64,000 nt of DNA from positions 1 to 64,000 of the forward strand of contig NIVC01003908.1 in the NCBI GenBank assembly GCA_002269645.1. The letters are read 5' to 3'. The DNA comes from Macrostomum lignano. Taxonomy: Eukaryota. Shown in pieces: positions 48,440 through 59,096 of this stretch (position 1 is the stretch's first letter; each line of letters starts with the position of its first letter). The notes beneath the pieces were generated by a model. The model was given only the letters and a program-made list of their open reading frames with translations. It did not search any database and was not told where the DNA came from. The position numbers and the translations under genes are program-made.

Positions 48440-48600
48440 ACGACGACAGACCAGCCGGCGAGGCACGACCACACAAAGACCAGCCGGCGACACGACGACA
48501 CGAAGACCAGCCGGCGACACACGACGACACGAAGACCAGCCGGCGACACACGACGACACGAAGAACAGCCGGCGACACGACGACACGAAGATTAGCCGGC
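48440..48600. repeat. ~27-bp tandem repeat in the BEL 5' leader
   Basis: Unit ACACGACGACACGAAGACCAGCCGGCG, about 5 imperfect copies. Confidence 0.85.
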
Positions 48601-49435
48601 GATGAACGAAAGCACGAGTACTACACACATGCAGACACAATGGGCCAGCGCACGTCACGCTGTGCAAAATCAATTGATATTTCGCTTGTAGTTAGATAAA
48701 GCTCACTGTTCGGGTGCCATGTAATTGACACGACTCAATTGATTTTCTCAAGCAAACACAGTACCACAGAAAGCGAAAAAAAGCCATCTGGGTCGCTGGC
48801 TGGTTTGACTTATTTATTTAGATAAAGCGAAAAGACAATGACGCGTGGGGGTGGGGGCGCCCAGTGTACGAGCGGATGTACATTGAACGACAGGGCGGAG
48901 CGGGGTAAAAGGTAAGTCGGCTTTCTTTTAATGTAAATAAAACCATTTGGCCTAGTAGAAGGCATGAGGGGGCTTTTGGGACAAAATTTTTCATATCCTC
49001 CATAATCCCATTAAATCCATCCATATTATCCCCGACAGAATCAGAAAAAAGGGGGGTCGCACTCGCTCACAAAACGTCCTCCATAATCCCATTAAATCCA
49101 TTCATATTATCCCTGACAGAATCATGAAAAAGGGGAGGGGCCGCACTTGCTCCGAAAACTTCGAACATAATCCCATTAAATCCATCCATATTATCCCTGA
49201 CAGAATCAGAGCAGGTGTCAACTGATACCTGTTATGCTCACTGTGGACACCTGTTATGCTCACTGACACTGACATCATCCACCGACATCCACCCATAACA
49301 TTTCTAAAACAATCAGAAAATAATCTGCATTCTTCTCCCCACATTTGATTCGCAACGTGCGACCAGATCCCTAAAACTTTAAATTCCCTAACCCAGGGTC
49401 CTCACCCTTTAAAAAAAATTAAATTCTCAATAAAA

Positions 49436-49675
49436 ATGTTTCCAGTTGTCTCTCCAGGTTCTTATTACAAAACGCACGAGCCTAATTACAAGAGTAAGTA
49501 CCGATACAAACTTGAATGCAGCGAATACATGAGAAAATATTGGCCCAACGTTGATATCAATGTCCCTAATATTAATCTAGCTCTCCAAAGACATTGGTTT
49601 CATAAGTATGGAGTAACCTATGTAAAAGATTATGACAGCTACTATAACTTTGCAGAAATCATTAGGCAATTGTGA
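49436..49675 (+). CDS. 79-aa TIR-encoded ORF
   Basis: Differs at 2 residues from 15209..15448. Confidence 0.7.
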   Translation: MFPVVSPGSYYKTHEPNYKSKYRYKLECSEYMRKYWPNVDINVPNINLALQRHWFHKYGVTYVKDYDSYYNFAEIIRQL

Positions 49676-50303
49676 TTTCTTACATTCTCTCAATGATTAA
49701 CGTCAATACAAACCCTTCACCGTTAAAATCAACGCCCATGCTTCAGTCTCAAACTGTAGCACAATCTCGTGAATCTCCTTATTACTCAATACAACTCTTT
49801 TCACTGGATTTGGTTTCTCTACCACCATCTGTCCTCCAGCTACAGAGTTGGAGATGTTGTACAAAATATTCGTTCGCTTTCCCTTAAATACCCAATCAAG
49901 ACTGAGATTAGTTCTGATTAGAATATTCAAACCCTTTACAATGTCTGCTATATTGGGTCTTCGTCTTGAGTGGGCGAGCTTCCTTATAACTGGAAGCAAT
50001 GTCTATTACTGTGAGAGCATACTTGTAGCCCGAGTCATTGGGGAGAAACAGAAGATCTGCTTGGTGTGCCTCATTAGGTTTATAAATACTGAAATGGGGC
50101 CTTTCAAATTTTACTGGTGGGAAATAGACTTAAAAGACAGTCTGCTTAGAGAGCCATTTTTCTACTGTAGCTTTTGGTTCCTTACTCAGCTCCATGAGTT
50201 TACTAACGGCATTTTTGCCTACAAAGAATCCTTTGTCGCTGTAGTAGAGTTTTTTAAGTTTCTGATCTGTCATTTATTTATAAAGAAAATTTTAAATAAA
50301 ATA

Positions 50304-50786
50304 ATGCAGCGCTCTGGTGGTAAAATAGATTCACATGGACTGATAGAAAAGCTTCCTCATCCAAACAAAGGCTGGACACTTCCCGGCTATAAATATTGCG
50401 GGCCTTTGAATAATCCACTTGAAATTCAGTTAGATACAAACGATAATCCAAATCCTGGGCATGAGCCTGTGAACGAGCTAGACTCTGTCTGCATGTGGCA
50501 CGATGTCAAATATAGAGATTTTCCTGAGGAGAAGAATCGTTGGGACAAAGAAATGCTTAAGAGACTAGACAATATAGAGGCTTCAAGCGGATTTCGTGAG
50601 TCGATCGCTCGGAAGCTAGTTAAAGCTGTTATTTTTAGTAAGGCAAAGTTGGGATTAGGAATGGGCGCTGAGGGTGGGTGCACGGGGAGAGAGGGCGGAC
50701 GCACGGGAGCAGGGTTTATTTTGTGTTCTCCAAACAATGAATTGGGAAGACTGTTGAAAGAGCTGGGGGTTGAGAGAGGCGCTTGA
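50304..50786 (+). CDS. Phospholipase A2 (PLA2X-type) protein
   Basis: Near-identical to 2353..2799; YKYCGP and WHDVKY intact. Confidence 0.88.
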   Translation: MQRSGGKIDSHGLIEKLPHPNKGWTLPGYKYCGPLNNPLEIQLDTNDNPNPGHEPVNELDSVCMWHDVKYRDFPEEKNRWDKEMLKRLDNIEASSGFRESIARKLVKAVIFSKAKLGLGMGAEGGCTGREGGRTGAGFILCSPNNELGRLLKELGVERGA

Positions 50787-51116
50787 GTCGGGAAAGATTA
50801 TTCGCAGCCAAGCGCAACAGCTGCATTTCGAAAAGGGGTGGGGTAACTGCTATTTGCTGAGGGAGCGCAGCTTTTGCGAATGTACAACTTCCACGCGTGC
50901 TTTCCTTTCCTTTCCTTTCTTTCCTTTGTATTGCGCACGCCAAATAACGAATTAGAAAGACTGCTGAACAGTTTACATTGATAAACAACTGAAAGACTGA
51001 AGCGACATATTATAGTCGCTATATAGTTTATTAGTTTATTATAGTTTTTCATGTGGTAAGCAACGTGGCAACAACAGAGCATGCAGCAGAAGACAGAATG
51101 CCTATCTTAGGTAAAT

Positions 51117-51420
51117 AATAATAATAATTGATTACACCTGCCCAATGGGCAGATGTGCAACCGACAGCTCAGCCGCAGCTATTGCGCGGCGCATCTGAAG
51201 GCTGCGTGCGGCTGTTCAGTCCAAGGACTGGGGGTCGCCACACACACCCTCAATTACTCCAGCTAATGCTGGCACCCATTTTACAGCTGGGTGAACTGAA
51301 GCAATGCGGAGTAAAGTGCCTTGCTCAAAGACACAGATTGTTGCAGGGGGATCGGGAATCGAACCCCCAACCTTCATTCAAGTCGTGAGTCTGACGCCCT
51401 AACCACTAGGCTACAACCCC
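51117..51420 (-). mobile_element. tRNA-derived SINE
   Basis: Minus strand shows box A TAGCCTAGTGGTTA, box B GGTTCGATTCC, central AAGGCACTT and CTGTAAAATGGG segments, and an (ATT)n tail. Confidence 0.85.
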
Positions 51421-51562
51421 GTATGTGCAGGGTCTAAACTATGCAACAATATAAAGGTTTCTGGGTGAGCGCCTGCTTTTTCTTCCCAGTCCCACCACAC
51501 TGAACACCCCGCCCAGTTCTGCCTGTCTCTTTTTTTTCTAGCCTCCGCAACTAGTCAAACAG

Positions 51563-52898
51563 CCACCTCAGAAAATGAAACCGCTGGTTTCAAATTTTGA
51601 GGTGGGTGATCCTTTAAAGACGCTTGTGTCTTTCTTTTTCTAGCCTCCCAACCCCCAGAGAGGGCCGGGGGGTCTGGGTAGACCAACTCTCAGGCCAGCC
51701 CTTCTCTCACCCGTCTTGCCCCACCGCCTCTCATTCCAAGCATGTCCTCTGGGTGCCTCTCTTCGCAACTAGCTCTCTCTAAGCTCTCCTAGTCAAACAG
51801 CCACCTCAGAAAATGAAACCGCTGGTTTCAAATTTTGAGGTGGGTGATCTGAGTTCTGCACTGCTTCTCTAGCCTCCGCAACTAGCTCTACGCTCTCCCG
51901 AGCTCATTCTATTTTTAGTCAAACATAACACTAGCGATCTCGCGCTGGGGGTAGAGGGGCGCCTGGGAATTTTGAGTCTCCCGTTGTACTGAAATCTCCT
52001 TCCCCTTGAGCTCCTCTCCCTTTCCCTTCCCCAACAGTCCGGGCCAGAGCACTGGGCTCTCTTTGCACAGGGGCGCCGCGCCACCTCAGAAAATGAAACC
52101 ACTGGTTTCAAATTTTGAGGTGGGTGATCTGAGTTCTGCACTGCTTCTCTAGTCTTCGCAACTAGCTCTACGCTCTCCCGAGCTTAGTCAAACAGCCACC
52201 TCAGAAAATGAAACCGCTGGTTTCAAATTTTGAGGTGGGTCTACACTGCTGCGCTATTCAGTTCTCACCCGCCCTGCCACTCACTGCATGCAGTCCGCGC
52301 ATTCCGCCACAAGTCCCCCCCTTCTCTCTCCACCCACCCTCCCTCTGCAATTCACTTCTGTGCAGTGCAGCGCCAAAGCCAAAAAAGAGAATTGCAGAGG
52401 GTTGAGGGTTGATCCGGGCGGGAGGGGGTCTTTCTTTTTCTAGCCTCCACAACTAGCCGCTCCGTTTTCTTCTACGCTCTCCCGAGCTTAGTCAAACAGC
52501 CACCTCAGAAAATGAAACCACTGGTTTCAAATTTTGAGGTGGGTGATCTCTTCTACGCTCTCCCAAGGGTTTTATTTTTAAAACTTACGTCTACACTCTA
52601 CAAAGTACAACCTTCTGGGTGATCCCTCCGTTTTCTTCTACGCTCTCCTAGTCAAACAACCACCTCAGAAAATGAAACCGTTGGTTTCAAATTTTGAGGT
52701 GGGTGGTCTGAGTTCTGCACTGCTTCCAGCAGAAACATTTGTCTACACTGTCTCAAGCAAATTTGCTATTTTAATCAAACACCCACCTCAGAAAATGAAA
52801 CCAGTGGTTTCAAAATTTGAGGTGGGCAATCAAAATGGCATACTTGTTAAAAAACCACCCCAGAAAATGAAACCATTGGTTTCAAAATTTGAGGTTGG
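51563..52898. repeat. Array of eight 43-bp palindromes with variable spacers
   Basis: CCACCTCAGAAAATGAAACC-NNN-GGTTTCAAATTTTGAGGTGG starting at 51563, 51801, 52081, 52196, 52500, 52660, 52783 and 52855. Confidence 0.95.
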
Positions 52899-52986
52899 TG
52901 TCAACATTAGTAACTATCCAAGGATAACTTGCTATTATTATAGCTTCATGAGTTGCTAAATAAACAATACATTGCTAATTTAAAAG

Positions 52987-53610
52987 TCAAAACAACAAGC
53001 CTTCGTCCACTTCCTGTTGCAGCATCGCAAGGGCCTCTGGCAAGTATGCAATCATCGACTTCAGCTTGTGCAGGGACATTGCAGATCTTTGTAGCACCGG
53101 ATATTTCTCAGCTTGGTCAGCCAATTTCATCAGGAAGTTGGTCCACTGGCTGGTGAACGGTGCACGTCTTTTCAGCTCGTTGAACTGTTCCTTACTGAGA
53201 ACCCGCTCCATTCTCAGAAAGATCCTGCCGAGCTGTAGGCCGTTTGCAAAGCCATGCTTACCATGCCGTTCAACTAGCTTATGAAGGTTGGCAATCTGTA
53301 CAAGCACTGCGTCGGTCGTAAATGTTCCCTGCATAAATTCTTCTAGAGAATGCACTGGCACAGGCTCACTGTTGGTTTTGTAGGCCGTGCGCAACTCGTC
53401 CAGAGCCTTGCCGATTTGTAATTGCTTGTCGGTAGTTTTCGCTAGCCGTCCATTGATAGTTGGCTTCACGATTGGTGACCGAGCAATTGCATTGTATTTA
53501 TCGGCCCAAACATTCCAGTTGTCGAGATCTTTACTAGAAAATACAGCCTTTATGAAGTTCTCCAGATTTTGGATGTAAACGTCGTTGCCTGCTTGCATTT
53601 CTTCATCCAT
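52987..53610 (-). CDS. 207-aa accessory protein of unknown function
   Basis: Intact ORF downstream of the HSE/TATA promoter. Colinear homolog at 60259..60894. Confidence 0.8.
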   Translation of the reverse strand: MDEEMQAGNDVYIQNLENFIKAVFSSKDLDNWNVWADKYNAIARSPIVKPTINGRLAKTTDKQLQIGKALDELRTAYKTNSEPVPVHSLEEFMQGTFTTDAVLVQIANLHKLVERHGKHGFANGLQLGRIFLRMERVLSKEQFNELKRRAPFTSQWTNFLMKLADQAEKYPVLQRSAMSLHKLKSMIAYLPEALAMLQQEVDEGLLF

Positions 53611-53727
53611 GGCAAGATCCAGAGATTAAGCTAGTCAAAAATAAGAAGTTGCTGGCTCAGCGAGTTGAGGCGGGGCGAGGCGAGGCGGAGCAGGCAGGGT
53701 GAAGCGAGGGGCGGTGTGAATCGGCTG

Positions 53728-53807
53728 TATATATACCATTGGTGTGGGCTCGGGAATCCACGGATTCTCTTTTTGTTCTAGAATTTTCTAGAATTCGAAT
53801 TCTAGAA
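53728..53807 (-). promoter_or_regulatory. Heat-shock element, CCAAT and TATA promoter (copy of 928..1006)
   Basis: TTCtaGAAttTTCtaGAA at 53776-53793, TTCtaGAA at 53800-53807, TATATATA at 53728. Confidence 0.75.
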
Positions 53808-54159
53808 GGGAAACCCGCAGATTTTCTACTTATAGCCAGTATTTTCTATTAATGGTTGATTGGGGTTGCCTGGGAAAGATCTAGGAAGACTGCTGAAAGA
53901 GCTGGGGGTTGAAAAGGCTGGGGTTTAAACAAGGAACTAAATGGGCGTTTCTGAAGCTAGGCAAGGGATCTTCTGAGCTAGTTAAGGCTTGAGCTGGGCA
54001 AAAGCTTTTTTCTCTATGCTGCACACGCCGCTCGCGCTATGACAAGAAACAGCTGCCATACCCATTCCGCTATCACCCACCCGCCACACAGCAAAATACC
54101 ATGCGTAAAAATATCTATTAATGCAGTCTTAAAGTCTTAAAGCGTATCGTAACGACATT

Positions 54160-54399
54160 CTACAATTGCTTAATGATTTCTGCAAAGTTATAGTAGCTGT
54201 CATAATCTTTCACATAGGTTACTCCATACTTATGAAACCAATGTCTTTGGAGAGCTAGATTAATATTAGGGACATTGATATCAACGTTGGGCCAATATTT
54301 TCTCATGTATTCGCTGCATTCAAGTTTGTATCGGTACTTACTCTTGTAATTAGGCTCGTGCGTTTTGTAATAAGAACCTGGAGAGACAACTGGAAACAT
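54160..54399 (-). CDS. 79-aa TIR-encoded ORF
   Basis: Intact third copy. Confidence 0.7.
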   Translation of the reverse strand: MFPVVSPGSYYKTHEPNYKSKYRYKLECSEYMRKYWPNVDINVPNINLALQRHWFHKYGVTYVKDYDSYYNFAEIIKQL

Positions 54400-55155
54400 T
54401 TTTATTGAGAATTTAATTTTTTTAAAGGGTGAGGACCCTGGGTTAGGGGATTTAAAGTTTTAGGGATCTGGTCGCACGTTGCGAATCAAATGTGGGGAGA
54501 AGAATGCAGATTATTTTCTGATTGTTTTAGAAATGTTATGGGTGGATGTCGGTGGATGATGTCAGTGTCAGTGAGCATAACAGGTGTCCACAGTGAGCAT
54601 AACAGGTATCAGTTGACACCTGCTCTGATTCTGTCAGGGATAATATGGATGGATTTAATGGGATTATGTTCGAAGTTTTCGGAGCAAGTGCGGCCCCTCC
54701 CCTTTTTCATGATTCTGTCGGGGATAATATGGATGGATTTAATGGGATTATGGAGGATGTGAAAAATTTTGTCCCAAAAGCCCCCTCATGCCTCATGCCT
54801 GCCCTCATGCCCTCATGCCTGAATAAATATGAACTTTTCCGCCACATGCCTCTTCCTGCTAATAAATATTTAACTCAAAGCTCAATTTCCCCGCTACCGC
54901 GCCATTTACTTCCCCCAGTACATGTAGAATAATTGAGGCATAACTCCACACATTTTAATAAAGAATACGGCTAAGCCAATGTACTGTATTTTATTACGTA
55001 GAGATAGCAACAATAATAGCGCGGAAGCAAGTTTACAGTGGATGGTAACATGCAAAAGTAGACGGCATAAGAAGGCAAAACAACAAGTAACCTAGTCAAT
55101 GTAGTCAACAAGTACTCGTAACTCACGATGCGAATAGTGAATAAAATTTACCGTA

Positions 55156-55188
55156 AGTAGAATGCATGAGGGGGCTTCTGGGACAAAA
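55156..55188 (+). repeat. Isolated terminal ~33 bp of the family-1 TIR
   Basis: AGTAGAATGCATGAGGGGGCTTCTGGGACAAAA. Confidence 0.85.
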
Positions 55189-55374
55189 GTTGCCTCGAGT
55201 TGCCTCGCGGGGGGCGGTCGGGGGTGTTTCTAGTGACTTTATTACGTGTTTGATTTCTATTTGTGCTTATTCGTTATGATGCATTTTATTATAGTATGAA
55301 TGCTATTTGCGTTTGCTTACTCGTTGTTTTGCCATCTTTTCATTCACCCTCTACATGTTAACACATACTACGGT

Positions 55375-56003
55375 AGTAGAATGCATGAGGGGGCTTCTGG
55401 GACAAAATTTTTCACGTCCTCCATAATCCCATTAAATCCATCCATAACAAACCGCTTATACTTTCCCGGGCCATTCTAACGGCCCCTGACGCTTGTGTAG
55501 CGGCCCGCGCCGCGGATTCTGCCTTATAAACTTTCTTCTCGAATCCCAATTCCCTATACCAAGTGTCATCTTTAAACTCAACCTCCGCATCTTTGTGAAC
55601 TTGCATGACCACTCTCATTACAGTGAGATCATAGGCTAGTTTGACAGAGAACATTTTTTATCTGGCTTACTCGCATCAGGTGTCTCAGAATGGCCTCTTT
55701 TAGTAAAGACGTTTTCTAGAAAGTAATTGTAGGTATCCACACTTTGCGTGCTCACAGGGAATACCACAGGTTCTGCTGCTGCACCTTTCCATTTGTAATA
55801 AAACTTATTATTTGCTGCCGTCACATTGGGAACGTTTGACCAACCAGTGAAGTCGTTAAGATAGACATGGTAATTAGCACCTGGATCCAGGCTAATCGCC
55901 TGCTCTAATTTTTGAATAAATATTCCGTTTGAGTCATTAATTCGCCCAGTTATTGTAATAGGAATGCTCTCCTTGGAGTGAGAAACAATATTGTTTAGTC
56001 TTT
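55375..56003 (-). mobile_element. Polinton derivative C: 5' part of penton fused to the terminal ~70 bp of TIR
   Basis: 55446..56003 is the reverse complement of ~14355..14915. 55375..55446 is the TIR terminus. Confidence 0.9.
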
Positions 56004-56458
56004 TGGACACGCGTGGTACCTCGCGGTTAGGGCTACTGGTTTTCTATTGCTAAGGATTTTACTAGTGGATTTACTGGTTTTAGATTTTGGTAGATTTGCT
56101 GCCACCAGGCTTCCTGCTTCCCTATTTCTATTAATTTAGTGATAAGGAGTGACACAGGAAAACCGAAATATTTAACAAAACTTTATTACTTCAAAAAAAG
56201 AAAAGGAAATCAGCATGCAATGGTTATTGTTACTTTACTTGTGCGAAAAATAGGCATTGACTACCTTGTAGTGCACTGTTGTTGGCATCGACTACCTCCA
56301 ACAGTTTTACGTATTTCCCAATATTTTCCCTGCCTCTTACCTTTCCTAATTTGAGACTTCGTAAGTCCGCGAACGATCGAACGAATTGCTTTCCCAAGCC
56401 CCAAACTGCTCTATACTTCTAGAGAATCCCGAAAACTGGCGATTTTCCCCCGCTCTAA

Positions 56459-56986
56459 TTACTTTCCCAAACCTAAACTACTGACAGTAGGCAAAAGCAT
56501 ATCTGCTTCGCTACTAATTCCCATTCTTTCCAGCTTGCTGATTGATCCTGGAGGTCGGAGGGGACCGAATGGGTTCGGCAGCAACTGTAGCTGGGGCAGT
56601 GGTGGTTCCTCAACGGTGGCCGCCGGCGCGTCTGAGCCAACCGGCTCTTCTTTGCTCTCCTCCTGCGGCTCCGTCTCCTCATCTACCTCTTCATCTACTT
56701 CGCACTCCACATGTTGGATCAGGTCCTGCATGAACCGTTCAAGTTCCCCCTTTAGGTTTTCCTCCCGAGTGGCCTCTTCTAGAGCGGCGAGATCTAGATC
56801 AATCACTAGTTCTCGATGCAGTTCCCTTTCGCCCGGGTATTCATGTAGCTTATTTGGAGGAGTTATTGGCTCTTTAATTTTTGCCACTTTTGGCTGCGGT
56901 AGCTGGTTTTCGGTGTCCGTCTCGCGCGACAGCTTGGCTCCGTATACCCTTTTAACGGGGTACGTGCGAAGAGGGGCGTCAGCCAT
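56459..56986 (-). CDS. Acidic/Pro-rich ORF of unknown function, possibly retrotransposon 3' region
   Basis: 175-aa ORF. The upstream ORF contains RPARERHASDRL, reminiscent of Gypsy integrase tails. Confidence 0.3.
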   Translation of the reverse strand: MADAPLRTYPVKRVYGAKLSRETDTENQLPQPKVAKIKEPITPPNKLHEYPGERELHRELVIDLDLAALEEATREENLKGELERFMQDLIQHVECEVDEEVDEETEPQEESKEEPVGSDAPAATVEEPPLPQLQLLPNPFGPLRPPGSISKLERMGISSEADMLLPTVSSLGLGK

Positions 56987-57335
56987 TTTAGTTAAATTTT
57001 GGCTGCAGGAGGTTAAATGGGTTTAACAACTCCGTTATCCTCTGCACATAAATTTTCTGATTTAGCCTGACTGTTAATCTATCTGAAGCATGACGCTCTC
57101 TTGCTGGCCTAGTTTCTAAATTATTGTTATTTAATTGTACCGGCATAACTCCTTGTGCACCAGGTAAATTATTTTTATTATTATTTTGATTTCGCACGTT
57201 AATTTGATTTTGCACTGGCATAAACTGCTCATGATTTTGATGTTGCACTAACATTAACTGCTCATTATTTTGATGTCGTACTGGCATAAATTGCACTGCA
57301 TCCTCGTACTCGTCTTCACTTTCTGAGTCATTGTA

Positions 57336-57435
57336 AGTAGTAGTATGCTATAAGGGGCTGCGCCACACTTGATTGCTCGGGCGCATTGCGCGCCAGCTCG
57401 CTGGATGACTCAGCCCCTTATAACATACTACTACT
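57336..57435. mobile_element. 100-bp mini-element with AGT-repeat termini
   Basis: 25-bp TIRs AGTAGTAGTATGCTATAAGGGGCTG and CAGCCCCTTATAACATACTACTACT (1 mismatch). No TSD found. Confidence 0.7.
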
Positions 57436-57639
57436 ACCAGGAGGTCAGGGTTACAAGTGGTGTGTGATAAATATAAAAATATATAAATATACATATATCT
57501 GTGAGTGAGGGTGTTGAGGGTGAGGGCATGTGGGGGAATTGGCATGTGGAATATTTCACAGAACACAGATTTTCCGGAATTTTTATACTTTTTAAAAAGG
57601 GGGTGCCCTCGCCCTCATGCCTCACTCATTTTGAAAATC

Positions 57640-58690
57640 ACTAAAAACAAGTGAAAAATGACTAAAAACAGGTGAAAATGGTCTGAAAACAGCGATTTTT
57701 TGTGATTTTCAAAAATTTTGAAAAAGTGCAATTTTCACGATTCCAGCTCTAAAACCATGAGAAAAGTTGGATTCACGGGTCAATTTAATGCAATTTCAAG
57801 TATGTCATCCATGAAAGTGTCATCCAATTTAACAATAGTAAATTTTATATATATAAAATGGCCTTCAGTAAACCATTATTTCTAGGAAATGCTTTAGATA
57901 TTCAGTCAGCTATAACAAAACTACCACCCATCTTTTCCACTGGAAAGTATCCTGGCGAATTTCATATACCAGGGTATTCTTTTGCAAGCCAACAGCTCTG
58001 ACTCACAATGCTGATGATGTATCAGAACCCCCGTAACGTGGCACATTTTTGTCTATTTTTAGAACTAGAAAAAAATGAATGAAGCAAACACAAAAGACTC
58101 TCAGACACACAGTGGGTGGCTCCACTGGAGCACAAAGGCAGCCTTTATTTCAAAGAGTTGTTTTCAAGGTATATACTAAGGTAAGTAGCGCGGAGTGAAC
58201 GTTTGAATGATTATTGTCACTTTAAGTAGTAGCATGTCAATTTTTCTGGACGTCCAGAAAAAATTCTGGATATTTGTCTGTCATGTGTTTATTAGTAGTA
58301 TAGGAAAAGTAGGTTTAAGCGCAGAGCATACCATGAAATTCACTGAAAAATGACTAAAAACATGTGAAAATGGTCTTAAGACAGTGATTTTAGTGATTTA
58401 TTTTTTAATAATTTTGAAAAAGTGCCATTTACACAATTCTAGCACTAAAACCAAATAGTTATTTTGGAATCGTTGGTTCATCTCAATGCCATTTCAGGTG
58501 TAAACAATTTGAAACTGTCATCAAATTTGATTTTGCTTACTTTTTTCGTCATAAAATGGCCTTCAATAAACCACTATTTCTAGGAACTGCTTTAGACATT
58601 CAGTTAGCTATAAAAAACTGCCTTAGATTTTCTCCACTGGCAAATACCCAGGAGAACTTCATATAGCATCATACAATTTCGCAGGTCACC
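57640..58690 (+). repeat. Diverged ~700-bp-period duplication, each copy ending in a PLA2-like 5' fragment
   Basis: MAFSKPLFLGNALDIQSAI...KYPGEFHIPGYSFA from 57858 and a similar, broken MAFNKPLF...GELHIASYNFAG from 58556. Confidence 0.6.
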
Positions 58691-59096
58691 ATGTGGCCTC
58701 AGTGAGGAAGTCAATGTCCTTGCTAGTCATCGGGCTTTAAGTCCGCGACCCTCAGTTGAATTTTACTTAACCAAAAATTTATTTAGTAATTATGATATGT
58801 TGAAGTAAAGATTAAAATCATAAAGTATTTAAACTAATTTTAAATTAGCACCTCCGCATGAATATAGCTGCAATTACTTCTAAATAAGTTATATAGCATT
58901 AAAGGTAGAAAACTGATGTAATGACATACTTAAATCCGGTAAGGGTTTAAGTAAGGGTTTTTGCGTCTTTTACGATTAATTAAAGAATTTATGTTGATAA
59001 AGCATCAGCTCTATGGGTATAAGTGTACTCTCACTGATTTCTTAAAATTAATTGTACATATAATCGTACTACAGTCAATAGAGCAGTTCAAATTAG

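Larger units (their letters stand above)
48954..54820 (-). mobile_element. Non-autonomous internal-deletion derivative A of Polinton family 1
   Basis: TIRs at 48954..49675 and ~54152..54790. On the minus strand the order is HSE promoter, ORF207, PLA2, integrase start fused at 49958 to the penton 3' end. Confidence 0.92.
43185..54846 (-). mobile_element. Full-length degenerate BEL/Pao LTR retrotransposon with a Polinton derivative inside its 5' LTR
   Basis: LTR 43185..43441 and split LTR 48720..48953 plus 54821..54846. PPT GGGGGAG at 43442-43448. PBS TGGCACCCGAACAG ends at 48719. Flanks TGCCG and TGCCT. Confidence 0.9.

Noticed and set aside
49848-50303. Long N-terminal extension on the second PLA2
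   Set aside because: It reads antisense through penton and integrase fragments. The homolog at 2353..2799 starts at MQ(H/R)SGG.
51340-51420. tRNA gene
   Set aside because: Only A and B boxes are present, followed by a SINE body and (ATT)n tail; no complete cloverleaf.
51563-52898. CRISPR array
   Set aside because: Spacers vary from about 30 to 260 bp and share sub-repeats, there are no cas genes, and the context is eukaryotic. Reported as a palindrome array instead.
52208-52959. MKPLVSNFEVG repeat peptides
   Set aside because: Chance translation of the palindrome; frames are not maintained between units.
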